Assembly: GCA_963806185.1 (NCBI GenBank)
Contig: CAWDXE010000001.1
Coordinates: 224,001 to 288,000 of the forward strand
Source of the DNA: an uncultured candidate division Zixibacteria bacterium
Lineage (GTDB): Bacteria; Zixibacteria; MSB-5A5; GN15; FEB-12
Length of the DNA stretch: 64,000 nucleotides
Reading direction: 5' to 3'
Positions 40,948 through 54,255 of this stretch are shown here, one piece after another; position 1 is the stretch's first letter; each line of letters opens with the position of its first letter. The notes under the pieces were generated by a model. It searched no databases. It was not told where the DNA came from and saw only the letters and a list, made by a program, of their open reading frames with translations. The translations under genes were made by a program, and so were the position numbers.

Positions 40948-42496
40948 TCAATTGGAATGGAATGTACTCAGTGCGGGGGAATGCAGCCCGTAGGCAGCCG
41001 GGATCTGGTTCGCGAACTGGAGAATCGGCTCAGGGAACAGACCAAACAGAACGACGCCCACCAAGCCAACCATGACCACGATCATCGCGGCACGGGAAGG
41101 CCGGAATGCAGCGGTGTCGGCGGTGGGATTGAAGTACATAGCGCGAATGACTCCGGCATAGTAGTAGAGGCCGAAAACCGAAGTGAGCAGGCCAATGCCG
41201 ACCACCCAGTAGAGCCAGGAGAAGCTCGGGCCTACGCCGGCCATTTTGATGGCCGCGGCGAAAACGTAGTATTTCGCGAGGAAACCGGCCAGGGGCGGTA
41301 TGCCGGTCAGCGACAGGAGAAAGACGCTGAGGGTACCGGCCAGGAAAGGAGAGCGGCGCGACAGGCCGTTGTAAGCGTCGATTTCGCATGAGCCGGTCTT
41401 GTCTTCGATGATGGCTACGATGGCAAAGGCACCCATGTTGGCGAACAGGTAAGCGAACATGTAAAAGCCGACCGAAGCGAGGCCGAGCTCGTTGACGGCG
41501 ATCATGCCGATCATGACGTAACCGGCCTGGGCAATCGACGAATAGGCCAGCATACGCTTGATGTTGGTCTGGCGAATCGCCAGTACATTGCCGATCACCA
41601 GTGCGGCATCGCCAGAGCGCCGGCAATGATTCCCCAATCGTTGGGGCTCATGACCGGATCGTAGAAGGCGAACAATCCGTTGACGATGATCTTGGCGAAC
41701 GCGACCAGCCCGGCGGCCTTGGAACCGACCGACAGGAAAGACGCGACCGGGGTCGGCGCACCTTCATAGACATCCGGCGCCCACTGGTGGAAGGGCGGCA
41801 GCGCCAGTTTGAAGCCGAGGCCGGCCAGAATGGTCGCGGTTGCCAGAATCAGCACCACGCCGATATCACCGCCATTGCCCAATTGGGTGATGGCGATATT
41901 GACTTTCATCTGCAGAATGTCGGTCGTGCCGGACAGACCGTACAGGAACGACAGACCGTAGAGCAGCACGGCCGAGGAGAAGGCGCCGATGATCAGATAC
42001 TTGATGCCGGCTTCGACGGAAAGGCGATCATCCTTGAAGAAGGCGGCCAGCACGAACAGCGGGATGGTGGTCAGTTCAAGGCCGATATACAGCGACAGCA
42101 ATTCGTTGCTTGAGCGCCAGAAACATCATGCCGACGGTCGAGAGCAGGATCAGGCCGAAGAACTCGCCGCGATGGTTGATGATCTTTTCGCTGAACGATG
42201 CCGAACGACGAGCCGATGGCCATGAAGGCGGCGCCGAGGAAGATGATTTTGAAGAACAGGGCGAGCGGGTCGTTGAAGAACATCGTCCCGAAGCCAGACC
42301 GAAACCGTAGACACCGGCGCAAGAGAGCCCACAGAGAAGCCGGCGACAACCAGGCCGACCATGGCGAGGTAGGCGACGCTGTGGCCGACTTACGGCTGGT
42401 GAACAGGTCGTAGGTGAACACCAGGAGCGCCCAGCCGAAGAGAATGATCTCCGGGGCCATCAGCCAAAGGTTATAGTCGGGCAGTGTCGTTTCCAT
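40948..42496 (-). CDS. nuoN: NADH-quinone oxidoreductase subunit N (apparent frameshifts)
   Basis: Fragments: APE, EAGIKY, GFKL..PPFH.WAPDVYEGAP, KRMLAYSSI, SL.GIPPLAGF..K. Confidence 0.9.
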
Positions 42497-42500
42497 ACGT

Positions 42501-43988
<1,488 letters not shown>

Positions 43989-43993
43989 ATGTC

Positions 43994-46113
43994 TTATCTA
44001 CCTCTATACACCGACCTTAGGTTTTTCGATTTCTTCTGCGGTTCGAGTCTGGCCTCGCGCGTGAATATGACTTTCGACGCAATGCCGAGAGCAACGAGGC
44101 CGGCGACGAAAAACGTCGTCAACATCGGCCAGCCGACAGACTTGAACAGGACGCCTTCAATTTTCGCCAACATCACCACGATGATGCCACCGAGGAGAAA
44201 CAGGGCATAGAATTGAACCGCGCCGCTCTGCATGTATTTCAGGAAAGAGCCGAAAGTACGGACGAGCCAGCCCGAACCGTTGACGGCGCCATCGATAATC
44301 CATTTGTCGAACCACATCTTGATGTCCGCCCAGAGGACCGTCAGCCAGGCGGTGCCGTTGACGGCGCCATCGACAACGTTGGCGTCAAAACTCCACATGA
44401 AGCGGCTGATGGCCAGGATGGGCCGGATCAATATCAGATCATAAAGTTCATCAAAATAGTATTTGTTGTACAGGAGCGTGTAGATCGGTCTGAATCTGCG
44501 CCGCAAGCGCATCGGCTGAGATCGACTTCTTGATAGTACATCAGGTAGGCGAGCCCGATACCGGCGAGAGAGATCACCGTCGAGAGCGCCATCATGAAGT
44601 AATTTGGCGCGGCATGATGCGGTTCGCCGTGGAAGACGAACGATGAAAAACCGTGCGACAACCAGGGGAGCGCCACCCAGCCGGCGCAGACCGAAAGCAC
44701 GGCCAGGAGAATCAGCGGATAGGTCATAACGTTCGGCGATTCGTGAGCGTGGTCATAGCGATGCTGATTGCGCGGCTCGCCGAAGAAGGTCAGGAAGCAG
44801 AGCCGCCACATGTAGAAGGCGGTCATGAAGGCGATAGTCAGCGTGCCGATGAAGAAGACCGGATGATGCAGGGTCGTGGCGATGATTTCATCTTTCGACC
44901 AGAAGCCGGATAACGGGAAGATGCCGGCGATCGACAGCGAGGCGATCAGAAAGGTTTTGCTGGTGATCGCCGAGTTTCCTGTTCAGGCCGCCCATCTCCT
45001 GAATGTCGTTGGTGTGCACGGCGTGAATGACCGAACCGGCGCCGAGGAACAGCAGCCCTTTGAAAGAAGGCGTGGGTCATCAGGTGAAGAGTACCGGCGA
45101 CAAAACCGGCGGAGTGTTCGCCGAGGGCGGTATCGTGACCATACAGGCCGAGGGCCATGATCATGTAACCGAGCTGGGAGACGGTCGAATAGGCGAGAAT
45201 TCGTTTAATGTCGTTTTGGACCAGGCCGATGGTGGCAGCCAGGAACGAGGTAATCAGGCCGATGATGGCGACGACCATGGAGGCTTCGGCCGAGCCGACG
45301 AAGATATTCATTGAGCGCGCGACCAGATAGACGCCGGCGGCGACCATGGTGGCGGCATGGATGAGGGCGGACACCGGGAGTCGGGCCTTCCATAGCGTCG
45401 GGCAGCCAGACATGCAGCGGGAACTGGGCGGACTTTCCGACCGCGCCGCAGAAGAGGAAAATGGCGGCGGCGGTCAGGATGGCCGGCGGAATCTGCCACC
45501 GGCAACTTTGTCAAACACCTCATGGTAGTTGAACGTGCCACAGTAGATGCCGATCAGCATCAGGCCGATGATGAAGCCGAGATCGCCGATGCGGGTGGTG
45601 ATGAACGCCTTCTTGCCGGCATCGGCCGCGCTCTTCTTTTCGAACCAGAAGCCGATCAGGAGGTAGGAGGTCACGCCGACCAGCTCCCAGAAGATGAAGA
45701 TCATGAAGAAGTTGTTGGCCAGCACGAGACCCGAGCATCGAGAACAAGAACAGCGACAGGTAGGCGAAGAAGCGGCTGAAGCGCGGGTCGTCTTTCATGT
45801 ACCCGAGCGAATAGATCTGCACGCAGGCACCGACGGTGGTCACCACGACCAGCATAATGGCGGTGATGGAATCGACCAGAATGCCAATTTCGAAGTTGAG
45901 TCCGGAAAATGAAGTAATCAGCGTGCGCCACTCGTACGATTCGCCATGGCGAGCAATCGTCTCGAAGAGAATGACAATCGACATCACCCAGCCGATGAGG
46001 ATCGTCGCGATAGAGAAGCCGGCCGAGACCTTTTCGTTCCAGCGCAGGAAGAAGACGATCAGGGCAAACGAGAGAAGCGGCAGGAGCGCAATCAAATAGG
46101 CATGTTGTGTCAT
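43994..46113 (-). CDS. nuoL: NADH-quinone oxidoreductase subunit L (apparent frameshifts)
   Basis: YS.GYM..D...[67 protein letters not shown]. Confidence 0.92.
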
Positions 46114-46123
46114 GTATCTTCCC

Positions 46124-46423
46124 TCACCACTTCATCACGCTGAAGTTATCGGAGTCAACGCCGCGCCAGTTTCGGTAGACGAGCAATACGATCGCCAGGC
46201 CGACGGTCGCTTCGGCGGCGGCCATCGCCACGATGAAGATCGCGAAGATCTGTCCGGACATGCCGGCGGTGGCGACAAATTTGTTGAAGGCCACAAAATT
46301 GATATTGGCCGCGTTGAACATCAGCTCGAGCGACATCAGGATGCCGATGGTGTTGCGGCGCGTAATCACACCAAAGAGACCGATGGCAAACAGGATGGCC
46401 GCCAGGATCAGGTAATATTGCAT
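46124..46423 (-). CDS. nuoK: NADH-quinone oxidoreductase subunit K
   Basis: LF.IGL.G..TRRN...LMS.ELM.NA, AAAEA.VGLAI; intact, 99 aa. Confidence 0.95.
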   Translation of the reverse strand: MQYYLILAAILFAIGLFGVITRRNTIGILMSLELMFNAANINFVAFNKFVATAGMSGQIFAIFIVAMAAAEATVGLAIVLLVYRNWRGVDSDNFSVMKW

Positions 46424-46931
46424 CAGGCCCTCTCCCCTCTTGCCAGGACGATGGCGCCGATCAGCGCGGCCACGAGCAGGACCGAGATCAATTCGAACGG
46501 GCAGCATGAATTCAGTCAGAAGCAGTTTGCCGATCACGAACGTGTTTTTCAACGGCAGGGCGTTGGCGCTAAGTCGCCAGATATCGGTGGCGCCGATCAG
46601 AAGCGACGCAACGGCGACGAAGAACAGGCAGATGAAGGCCCCGGTGACGGCGTGCTGATTGACCTGGGCGATGCGCTGGCCGGCCAGATTCGAGGTCAAC
46701 ATGATGGCGAACATCATCAGAATGGAGACCGCGCCTACATATATGAGCACCTGCGCGGCCGCCAGGAACTCGGCATGCAAGCAGGATGAATATACCGGCC
46801 ACCGCCGAGAGCGAGACAATCAACGCCAAGGCGCAATGGAAGATATTCTTGAGACTCACAACGAGCAAGCCGGCGAGCACGATCACAAAAGCGAGGATCC
46901 AGAACACAATGCCGACGTCAGGCTGCATCAT
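46423..46931 (-). CDS. nuoJ: NADH-quinone oxidoreductase subunit J (apparent frameshifts)
   Basis: KN.FH.AL.L, AEFLAAAQVLIYVGA..IL..FAIML, IG..L..EF.LP. Confidence 0.88.
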
Positions 46932-47479
46932 CACTTTGCCTCTCCTTCGGGATCTCCGTCGGGCTTGCGGCATCGGTGCTCGGGCTGCTCGGCGCGGCGA
47001 CCAGGAGCGGCGGCCGCAGCCGGAGCTTTCTTCTTTCGGGTGTCGACATAGTCGACATTGCGGCCATTCGCCTGCAACTTCTCCATATCCCAGATGGTGT
47101 CGCTCTTGGTGAGCGTGGAAAATTCGTACTTGGGAGCCATCTTCAGAGCGCTGAAGTTGCAGGCCTCTTCGCAGAGTCCGCAGATAGCAGCAAATGCCGA
47201 AATCGATCTGGAAATTCTGCAGATGACGTTTCTTGGCCTCGTCGCGCGGAGCGTCGATAACGATCGCGCCGGTGGGACAGGCGCGCATGCAGAGCATGCA
47301 GGCGGTGCAATTGAGTTCGCCGGTTTCCTTATCCGAAAGCAGGACGACGATGCCGCGCGACCGCTCGGGCATGGTCATTTTCTGTTCCGGATACTGAATA
47401 GTGATGGCATGGCGGCCGAGATGCTTGCTGGTGATCCTCATCCCGGTGAGGAGTTCTTTATGTCTTTCCAGATTCCCAT
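46931..47479 (-). CDS. nuoI: NADH-quinone oxidoreductase subunit I (apparent frameshifts)
   Basis: T.QYPE, RSRG, CTACMLCMRACP; second ferredoxin motif split by a frameshift. Confidence 0.88.
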
Positions 47480-47495
47480 CGTTATCGTCCTTGTC

Positions 47496-48566
47496 TCACC
47501 AGTACCATTCGGCGTATTTCATCCAGCCGGTCAGGATCAGATTGGCAAACGTCAGCGGCACCAGGAATTTCCAGGCGAACTCCATCAGCTGGTCGACGCG
47601 CAGTCGCGGGAAGGTCCAGCGGAACAGCATCAGTATGAAAACGACCAAGAGCGTCTTGCCGAGGAACCAGATCCACGACGGCAGGAACGGCCCGTTCCAG
47701 CCGCCGAGGAACAGGGTGGTGGCGATCGCCGAGACGGTGAACATGTTGACGAATTCGGCCAGAAAGAACATGGCGAACTTCATGCCGGAGTATTCGACAT
47801 TGTACCCGGCGACCAGTTCCTGTTCGGCCTCGGGAATGTCAAACGGCGTGCGGTTGGTCTCGGCCGTGGCGGCGATCAGATAGGTCAGGAACGCGATCGG
47901 GCCGAACGGCACGCGGAAGATGAACCAGTTGAAGATACCATGTCCCTTGCTGGGATTCGACGATATCGACCATCGACAGCGAGCCGGAAAAGACGATCAC
48001 GGCCAGAATCGAAGCGACCATCGGGACTTCGTAGCTGACAACCTGCGCGGCCGAACGAATGCCGCCGAGCAGGGCGTACTTGTTGTTGGAGCCCCAGCCG
48101 GCCATCAGCAGCGAGATGATGGTGAAAGTCGTGACGGCGAGGATGTAAAGGATGCCGATGTTGAGATCGGCGACGATTACGCCCTTGCCGAACGGAATGA
48201 CGATGTAGGCGAGAAAGGCGGCGACAAAGCAGACGACCGGCGCCCAGAAGAAGACTACCTTGTCGCGCGTGGTGACGCGAATATCTTCCTTCTGCAGCAG
48301 TTTCACGGCATCCATGACGGTCTGATACCAGCCGTGCCAGCCGGTGCGCATCGGGCCGAAGCGCTGCTGAATGTGCGCGGAGATTTTGCGCTCCCACCAG
48401 ACCAGGAACAGCGCCACCAGAGCAAGGAAGCCGAAGACAACAACCGCGAGCAGAACGTATTCGACAATGGTGAGCCAGGGATCGCCGAGCCCGGTGGAGG
48501 CAAGCAGTTCATGGAGCCAGGTGAAAAGCGGCCCAGTTCGAGTGCCTCAATCACGGGGAGCATCAT
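47496..48566 (-). CDS. nuoH: NADH-quinone oxidoreductase subunit H (apparent frameshifts)
   Basis: [48 protein letters not shown]...EYSG, PRLR.DQ. Confidence 0.92.
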
Positions 48567-49666
48567 CGATCGACCTCCGGCATGATGATATCGAGCGAGG
48601 CCATGATCGCGACGATGTCGGCGATGAGATGCCCTTTACCAAGTTCCGGAAGGACCTGCAATGCGTTGTAGGAACCGCCGCGCGTCTTGACGCGAAGCGG
48701 TTTCGTGGTGCCGTCGGACTGGAGATAGACGCCGAGTTCACCGCGGGAATTTTCGATGCGGGCGTAGGTCTCGCCGACCGGCGGCTTGAAGACGCCGGGG
48801 ACTTTGGCCTTGAAGTCGCCCTCGGGAAGGCCGTCGAGCGCCTGCGTGATGATCTTCAGCGACTCTTTGATTTCCTGAAGACGCTGGATATATCGGTCGA
48901 AGCAGTCGCCGTTCTTCTGCACGGGAATATCGAAATCGAACCGGTCGTAGATGGAGTATGGATCATCTTTGCGGAGATCGTAGTTTACGCCGCTGGCGCG
49001 GAGAATCGGACCGGAGACGCCGTAGGCGATCGCCAGTTCCGGCGACATCACGCCGACATTCTTCTTGCGAGCCATCCAGATCGGGTTCTCGTTCAGCAGA
49101 CCCTCGTAGTCGCGACATCTTCTCGGTAATAGTCGCCACCGCTTCGCGGCCTTGGCGACGAAAGGTCGGATGAATATCGCGCGAGACACCGCCGATGCGG
49201 ATATAATTGTAGGTGAGGCGCTGACCGCAGGTCATTTCGAACAGATCCATGATCAGTTCGCGTTCGCGGAAACCGTACAGAAACGGCGTGATCGCGCCGA
49301 GATCCAGCGCGGTCGTGCCGTACCAAAGAAGGTGCGAGGCTATACGGTTCAGTTCGAGCATGATGACGCGAAGGTATTCCGCCCGCTCCGGCACCTGAAT
49401 CCGGCCAGCCGCTCGGCGGCCAGGGCGAAGACGTAGTTGCAGGACATGGCCGTGACATATTCGAAGCGATCGAGAATCGGAATGCACTGCGGGTAGGTGC
49501 GGTTTTCGCAGATTTTTTCAATCGCCCGGTGCAGATAGCCGATCACCGGTTCAATCTTGACGACCCGCTCGCCGTCCATGGTAAGCAGCAACCGGCAGAC
49601 ACCGTGGGTCGACGGATGGTGCGGCCCCATGTTGACGACGAATTCTTCGGTCCGCAGCTTGCTCAT
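48563..49666 (-). CDS. nuoD: NADH-quinone oxidoreductase subunit D (apparent frameshifts)
   Basis: NMGP.HPSTHGV.R, IGYLHR..EK, DR.EY, EL.RIASHL, GP.LRASG..DLRK, GD..DR, E..RGE, E.DR C-terminus. Confidence 0.93.
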
Positions 49667-50139
49667 TTATCAAACTCCGGCAACCGAATGAAATCGGGCG
49701 CGTCCCAATCCTTGCGCATCGGATACCCCTGATTCCAGTCGTCGGGCAGCAGGAATCGTTTCAGGTTGCCGTGATTGCGGACGTTGATGCCGTACAGCTC
49801 CCACATTTCGCGTTCGAACCAGTTGGCGGCCGGCCAGATGGTCTGAATGGAGTCGAGCTCGGCACTATCGTACGGCAGGATCAACTTGAAATCCAGGCGG
49901 AGATTCTTGCACGAACAGGCGAGATTGTACACCACCTCGAAATTCGTCTTATTGTCCAGCGCCCCCATATTGCAGAGCGTGTCCATGCAGGTAGTCGAAT
50001 CGTCACGCAATGCTTTGGTTACCGCGAGAAGATCATACGGCTCGATTTGAAACATCGGATCGTGACGGCCGGTGTCGAGAAGCTTCAACTTGCCGTCGAA
50101 GTGAGCAACGATGTAGGCTTTCAGTTCGTCCTTGGTCAT
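49663..50139 (-). CDS. nuoC: NADH-quinone oxidoreductase subunit C
   Basis: FEVVY.L, SI..IWPAANW.ERE..EL.GI....H..L.R.LLP..W.G.P.RKD. Confidence 0.93.
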   Translation of the reverse strand: MTKDELKAYIVAHFDGKLKLLDTGRHDPMFQIEPYDLLAVTKALRDDSTTCMDTLCNMGALDNKTNFEVVYNLACSCKNLRLDFKLILPYDSAELDSIQTIWPAANWFEREMWELYGINVRNHGNLKRFLLPDDWNQGYPMRKDWDAPDFIRLPEFDK

Positions 50140-50653
50140 CCCCTCGCTCCTGCCAATCGGACAATTTCTGCGCTTTGATCTTCTTCTGAAGTGTCAGACA
50201 TCCCTCGAGCAGTGATTCGGGACGAGGCGGACAGCCGGGGATATAGACGTCGACCGGGACGATATGATCGATTCCCTTCTCGACGGCGTAGGAATCGTAG
50301 TAGAACGGGCCACCTTTGATCGTGCAGCCGCCCATCGCGATGACATAGCGGGGCTCGGCCATCTGGTCGTAGAGGCGGCGAAGGCGGGGAGCCATTTTCT
50401 TGGTAATGGTGCCGGCTGCGATAATCAGGTCGGATTGGCGCGGCGAGGCGCGGAAAATCATACCGAGGCGATCGAAATCATAGCGCGACGCACCGGTGGC
50501 CATCAGTTCGATGGCGCAGCAGGCGGTACCAAACAGGAGGTACCAGAGTGAGCAGGCCTGTCCGTGATGGAGGATAGCTTCCAACGACGTGGTGACGATC
50601 GCACCGCCCGGAATCTTCTCGGCGTAGACGGGGAGTTCTTTGATCAGACCCAT
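50033..50653 (-). CDS. nuoB: NADH-quinone oxidoreductase subunit B (3' end probably shifted; real stop likely near 50136)
   Basis: [31 protein letters not shown]...[16 protein letters not shown]. Confidence 0.95.
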   Translation of the reverse strand: MGLIKELPVYAEKIPGGAIVTTSLEAILHHGQACSLWYLLFGTACCAIELMATGASRYDFDRLGMIFRASPRQSDLIIAAGTITKKMAPRLRRLYDQMAEPRYVIAMGGCTIKGGPFYYDSYAVEKGIDHIVPVDVYIPGCPPRPESLLEGCLTLQKKIKAQKLSDWQERGDDQGRTESLHRCSLRRQVEASRHRPSRSDVSNRAV

Positions 50654-50997
50654 TTGAGGGCTCCCTTCTTCCAGGCGTAGAAGAATCCATAAAAGAGGAT
50701 CAGGACGAAGAGTATCATCTCAACCAGGGCGTAGAGCCCGAGCTGGCCGAAGGCAACCGCCCACGGAAAGAGGAAGATCGCTTCGACGTCAAAGATCACG
50801 AAGATCAGCGCAATAATGTAGAACCGGTTGTTGAACTGTATCCACGAGGAGCCGATCGGGTCTTCGGCACATTCATAGTTGAGATTTTTGGCCGGATAGG
50901 GGTGATGAGGGCGAATCAGGCGGCTGAGAAAGAAGGTAAAAAGGACGATCCCGGTCCCAGCGGCGAGGAAGATCAGAACGGCTAAGTATGCACTCAT
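50644..50997 (-). CDS. nuoA: NADH-quinone oxidoreductase subunit A
   Basis: K...[30 protein letters not shown]. Confidence 0.95.
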   Translation of the reverse strand: MSAYLAVLIFLAAGTGIVLFTFFLSRLIRPHHPYPAKNLNYECAEDPIGSSWIQFNNRFYIIALIFVIFDVEAIFLFPWAVAFGQLGLYALVEMILFVLILFYGFFYAWKKGALKWV

Positions 50998-51025
50998 CAC
51001 ATCAAGTCCTTCTCGGTTCAGTATC

Positions 51026-51051
51026 GGACTTGTGACGGAATTCACAAGTCC
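51026..51051. promoter_or_regulatory. Rex-like (or CRP-like) operator upstream of nuoA
   Basis: Perfect 10-bp inverted repeat ggacTTGTGA-cggaat-TCACAAgtcc, about 30 nt upstream of nuoA. Confidence 0.7.
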
Positions 51052-51505
51052 ACCTTGGGCAAGAAACATTTCTGGCCTTCAAAGTCAAGGCCTTTTTTGG
51101 GATTTTGTAGAGCCAACTTGTTATATAATATACAGAATGGTAAGTACAAGGTGAGGGGAACGAAAAGGTACCGAAATTGGCTCCAAGATGGACGAGTCGG
51201 GTAAATTATATACATCCTATCCTGCAATTGGATGGTCAGTTAGAGAGAATGTTTGTCGACTTGCTCTGGATTCGGGTTTGGGGAGTGATGATGGAACGGG
51301 AGCGGCAAAATGGTGCGATCAACTCCATGATATTTTTGAGAATTGAAAAAATGGCAGAAAAGGCATTGGCCCCAATTTTGGCTATTGAGGTCTTTAATAT
51401 TTTGCTTTCACCCGGCTGGAGCGGGAGCTGGGAACGGTGGGAGGAATCAGTCAGTGAACCGCCAAGCATAGGGTCCGAGCCCCCGAATTCGGCGAAAAAG
51501 AGGGT

Positions 51506-52708
51506 TTACTGCTCGACTCTTGGCAGATCGCGTTCGAGTTCCTTGTCCTCGCGGTAGCCGAGCGCGTAGTCAGCCTGCAACAGGGTATGGATTTCGCGGG
51601 TCCCCTCGTAGATCGACGCACCCTTGGAGTTGCGATAAAACCGCTCCACCGGATATTCGTCGGAAAAGCCGTAGGCACCGAAACATTGCACGGCGTTGGC
51701 GGCAGCCGCCTCGGCCTCGCGGCAGGCAATCCACTTGGCCATCGATGTCGCCCGAGTGGAGCGTTTCCCCTGATTCTTGAGCCAGCCAGCTTTCATCCAA
51801 AGATAAGTTGAATACTCATACCCGGCTTCCATGTTGGCGATCATCTGTTTCACCAGTTGATGCTCACCAATCTCTTTTTCGAACGTCTTACGCTGATGCG
51901 AGTAGCCGGCAGCGGCGTCGCGACAGGCGCGGATGAGTCCGCACGAGCCGGCGGCGACGGTGTACCTGCCCTGGTCGAGGCAGAACATGGCGATCTTGAA
52001 GCCTGCTCCCTCTTTGTAGACGAGATTGGCGGCCGGGACTTTGACATCCTGGAAGGCGATGTAGCCGGTACTGCCGGCGCGGACGCCGAGCTTGCCGTGA
52101 AGGGTGCCGGTGGAGACACCGGGCCAGTTGTTTTCGACTATGAAAGCCGACAAGCCGCTGTGGTCGCGTTTGCGTTTCTTTTCGAGATCGGTCCAGGCGA
52201 AGACGAGGAAGTAGTCGGCGACGGCGGCCAGCGAGATCCACATCTTCTCACCGTTCAGTACATAATGATCGCCCTGTTTGACAGCGGTAGTCTGAATGCC
52301 GACCGCGTCGGAACCGGCCGCCGGTTCGGTGAGACCGAAGGTGGCGATCTTCTGCCCTTTGGCGGCGGGGACGAGGTATTTTTGTTTCTGTTCCTCGTTG
52401 GCCCAGACGAGCACCGGTAGGGAGAAAAGGCCGATGTGAACGGAAAGGATGACGCGTGCGGAGGTGTCGCCGTATTCCATTTCCTCGGACGCGAGGCCAA
52501 GCGAGATATAATCCATGCCCAGCCCGCCGTACTGTTCGGGGATGCAGAAGCCGAGCAGGTTGGCCTCGGCCATGGCCGGGAGGAGGTCGGGGTTGAGTTT
52601 CTGGGCGCGATCGAATTCCTGGATATTGGGGAGAATCAGCCGATTGACCAGTTCGCGGGTCATGTCGCGGACGGCGAGCTGGTTTTCGGTGAAGCTGAAA
52701 TCTATCAT
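51506..52708 (-). CDS. Acyl-CoA dehydrogenase
   Basis: FGLTEP.AGSD, LNGEK.WIS, KLG.R, L..GR, R..F...I...Q, GAYG..EYPVER.YR, IYEGT.EI. Confidence 0.95.
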   Translation of the reverse strand: MIDFSFTENQLAVRDMTRELVNRLILPNIQEFDRAQKLNPDLLPAMAEANLLGFCIPEQYGGLGMDYISLGLASEEMEYGDTSARVILSVHIGLFSLPVLVWANEEQKQKYLVPAAKGQKIATFGLTEPAAGSDAVGIQTTAVKQGDHYVLNGEKMWISLAAVADYFLVFAWTDLEKKRKRDHSGLSAFIVENNWPGVSTGTLHGKLGVRAGSTGYIAFQDVKVPAANLVYKEGAGFKIAMFCLDQGRYTVAAGSCGLIRACRDAAAGYSHQRKTFEKEIGEHQLVKQMIANMEAGYEYSTYLWMKAGWLKNQGKRSTRATSMAKWIACREAEAAAANAVQCFGAYGFSDEYPVERFYRNSKGASIYEGTREIHTLLQADYALGYREDKELERDLPRVEQ

Positions 52709-52867
52709 GCGGTTACTACTCCTTTGACGCCGTTTGCGGCGTGACTATATACGTCTTTTCGCACGTAATGTCAATCGACGTGGCCCATGATCGGGGACGC
52801 TTTCGGCAGTTGCCGAAGGTGGAGACGGGGAGTATATTGGCGCCAGATAACCAACCACGATTGATAT

Positions 52868-53344
52868 ATGAGCCATCCACTGAAGACCAAAACCGATCTT
52901 GTCCCCTACTCGGAGCAGTACTCCACGCTGGTCCGTTCCTGGCTGGACACGCCCAAGACATACCAGGATGTCTGCCGGGGGAAGGATTTCCCGCCGCCGG
53001 AAGATATCGTCGACAACTGGCAGCGTCAGGACACCGAATCGTTCCTGCTTTTCGCGGACAACAAGCCGGTCGCGTATGGCGAATTGTGGCACCGACCGGT
53101 GGAAATGGCGAGTGAGATCATGCACCTCTTGGTATCGCCGTACGATCGGGGCAAAGGGTATGGGACGCACATGACGGAGATGCTCTTTCAGCGCGCTGCA
53201 CAGCGGGGGAATCTGGTGAAGGTGCTGATCAATGTGTATGGCGACAATCGCGAGGCGCTGGGCTGTTATGTGAAGGCGGGGTTTGAGCTTTTGGGGACGA
53301 CGACACACCTGACCGGTTTACGGCTGGTGAAGCTGGTGGAATAG
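52868..53344 (+). CDS. GNAT family N-acetyltransferase
   Basis: V.P..RGKGYG, N..A..CY...GF. Confidence 0.85.
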   Translation: MSHPLKTKTDLVPYSEQYSTLVRSWLDTPKTYQDVCRGKDFPPPEDIVDNWQRQDTESFLLFADNKPVAYGELWHRPVEMASEIMHLLVSPYDRGKGYGTHMTEMLFQRAAQRGNLVKVLINVYGDNREALGCYVKAGFELLGTTTHLTGLRLVKLVE

Positions 53345-53378
53345 GGATTCAAGCAATAAAACTTAGGGATAGAGACAC

Positions 53379-54234
53379 ATGATCAAGAAAGTCGGTATCA
53401 TCGGGTTCGGGCAGATGGGCTCGGGCATCGGACAGGTCGCGGCGGGCGCCGGGTATTCGGTGGTCGCACGCGAGGTCAACGATGCAGCCTTCCAAAAAGG
53501 ACTCGGCTACATCACGAAATCGATCGACAAGGCGATCGAAAAGGGAAAGGCCGACCAGGCGTTCAAGCAGAAAGTGGTCGGCAATATCAACGGGACAACG
53601 TCGCTGAGTGATCTGGCCGACTGCGATATCATCTGCGAGGCGGTGATCGAGAATATTGAGGTCAAGAAGGCAGGTGTACAAAGAGCTGGACGGCATCTGC
53701 AAAGCCGAGACGATATTTGCGTCGAATACCTCTTCGCTGTCGATCAGCGACATGGCGGCAGTGACCGGCCGTCGCGACCGCTTTGTCGGTCTGCACTTTT
53801 TCAACCCGGTGTCGATGATGAAACTGTGCGAGGTGGTAAAATCGATTGATACGTCGGAAGCGACCTTCAAGGCGGCGTTTGATTTTGCCTCGTCGCTCGG
53901 CAAGACGTGTGTGACGGCGAAGGATTCGCCGGGATTTATCGTCAATGTGCTGTTGATGCCGTTCTTGCTCGACGCGATCCGCCCGCTGGAACGCGGACTG
54001 GCGTCACGCGAGGATATCGACAACGGCATGATGCTCGGGTGCGGACATCCGATGGGGCCGTTGGCGCTGACTGATTTTATCGGCACCGACACGATTCTGT
54101 ATATCGCGGACATCATGTTCGAGGAATTCAAGGACTCTCATTACGCTGCGCCGCCGCTGTTGCGCCGGATGGTCAACGCCGGGTATCTCGGCAAGAAGTG
54201 CGGGCGCGGCTTTTACGATTACAGCAAGAAATAA
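53379..54234 (+). CDS. hbd: 3-hydroxybutyryl-CoA dehydrogenase (one apparent frameshift near 53670)
   Basis: GFGQMGSGI, EAVIEN, then in a shifted frame ASNTSSL, GLHFFNP, PGFIVN, HPMGPL...D.IG.D, G.LG.K.G.GFY.Y. Confidence 0.9.
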
Positions 54235-54255
54235 CGAGGAGACAGGAACGAATAT

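Noticed and set aside
48563..50653. Group 4 [NiFe]-hydrogenase instead of complex I
   Set aside because: The NuoD fragments lack the N- and C-terminal CxxC nickel-binding motifs and end in the complex I-type EVDR.
51042..51557. Short ORFs in the AT-richer region between nuoA and the acyl-CoA dehydrogenase
   Set aside because: No motifs or convincing RBS, and they overlap on both strands; more likely regulatory DNA.
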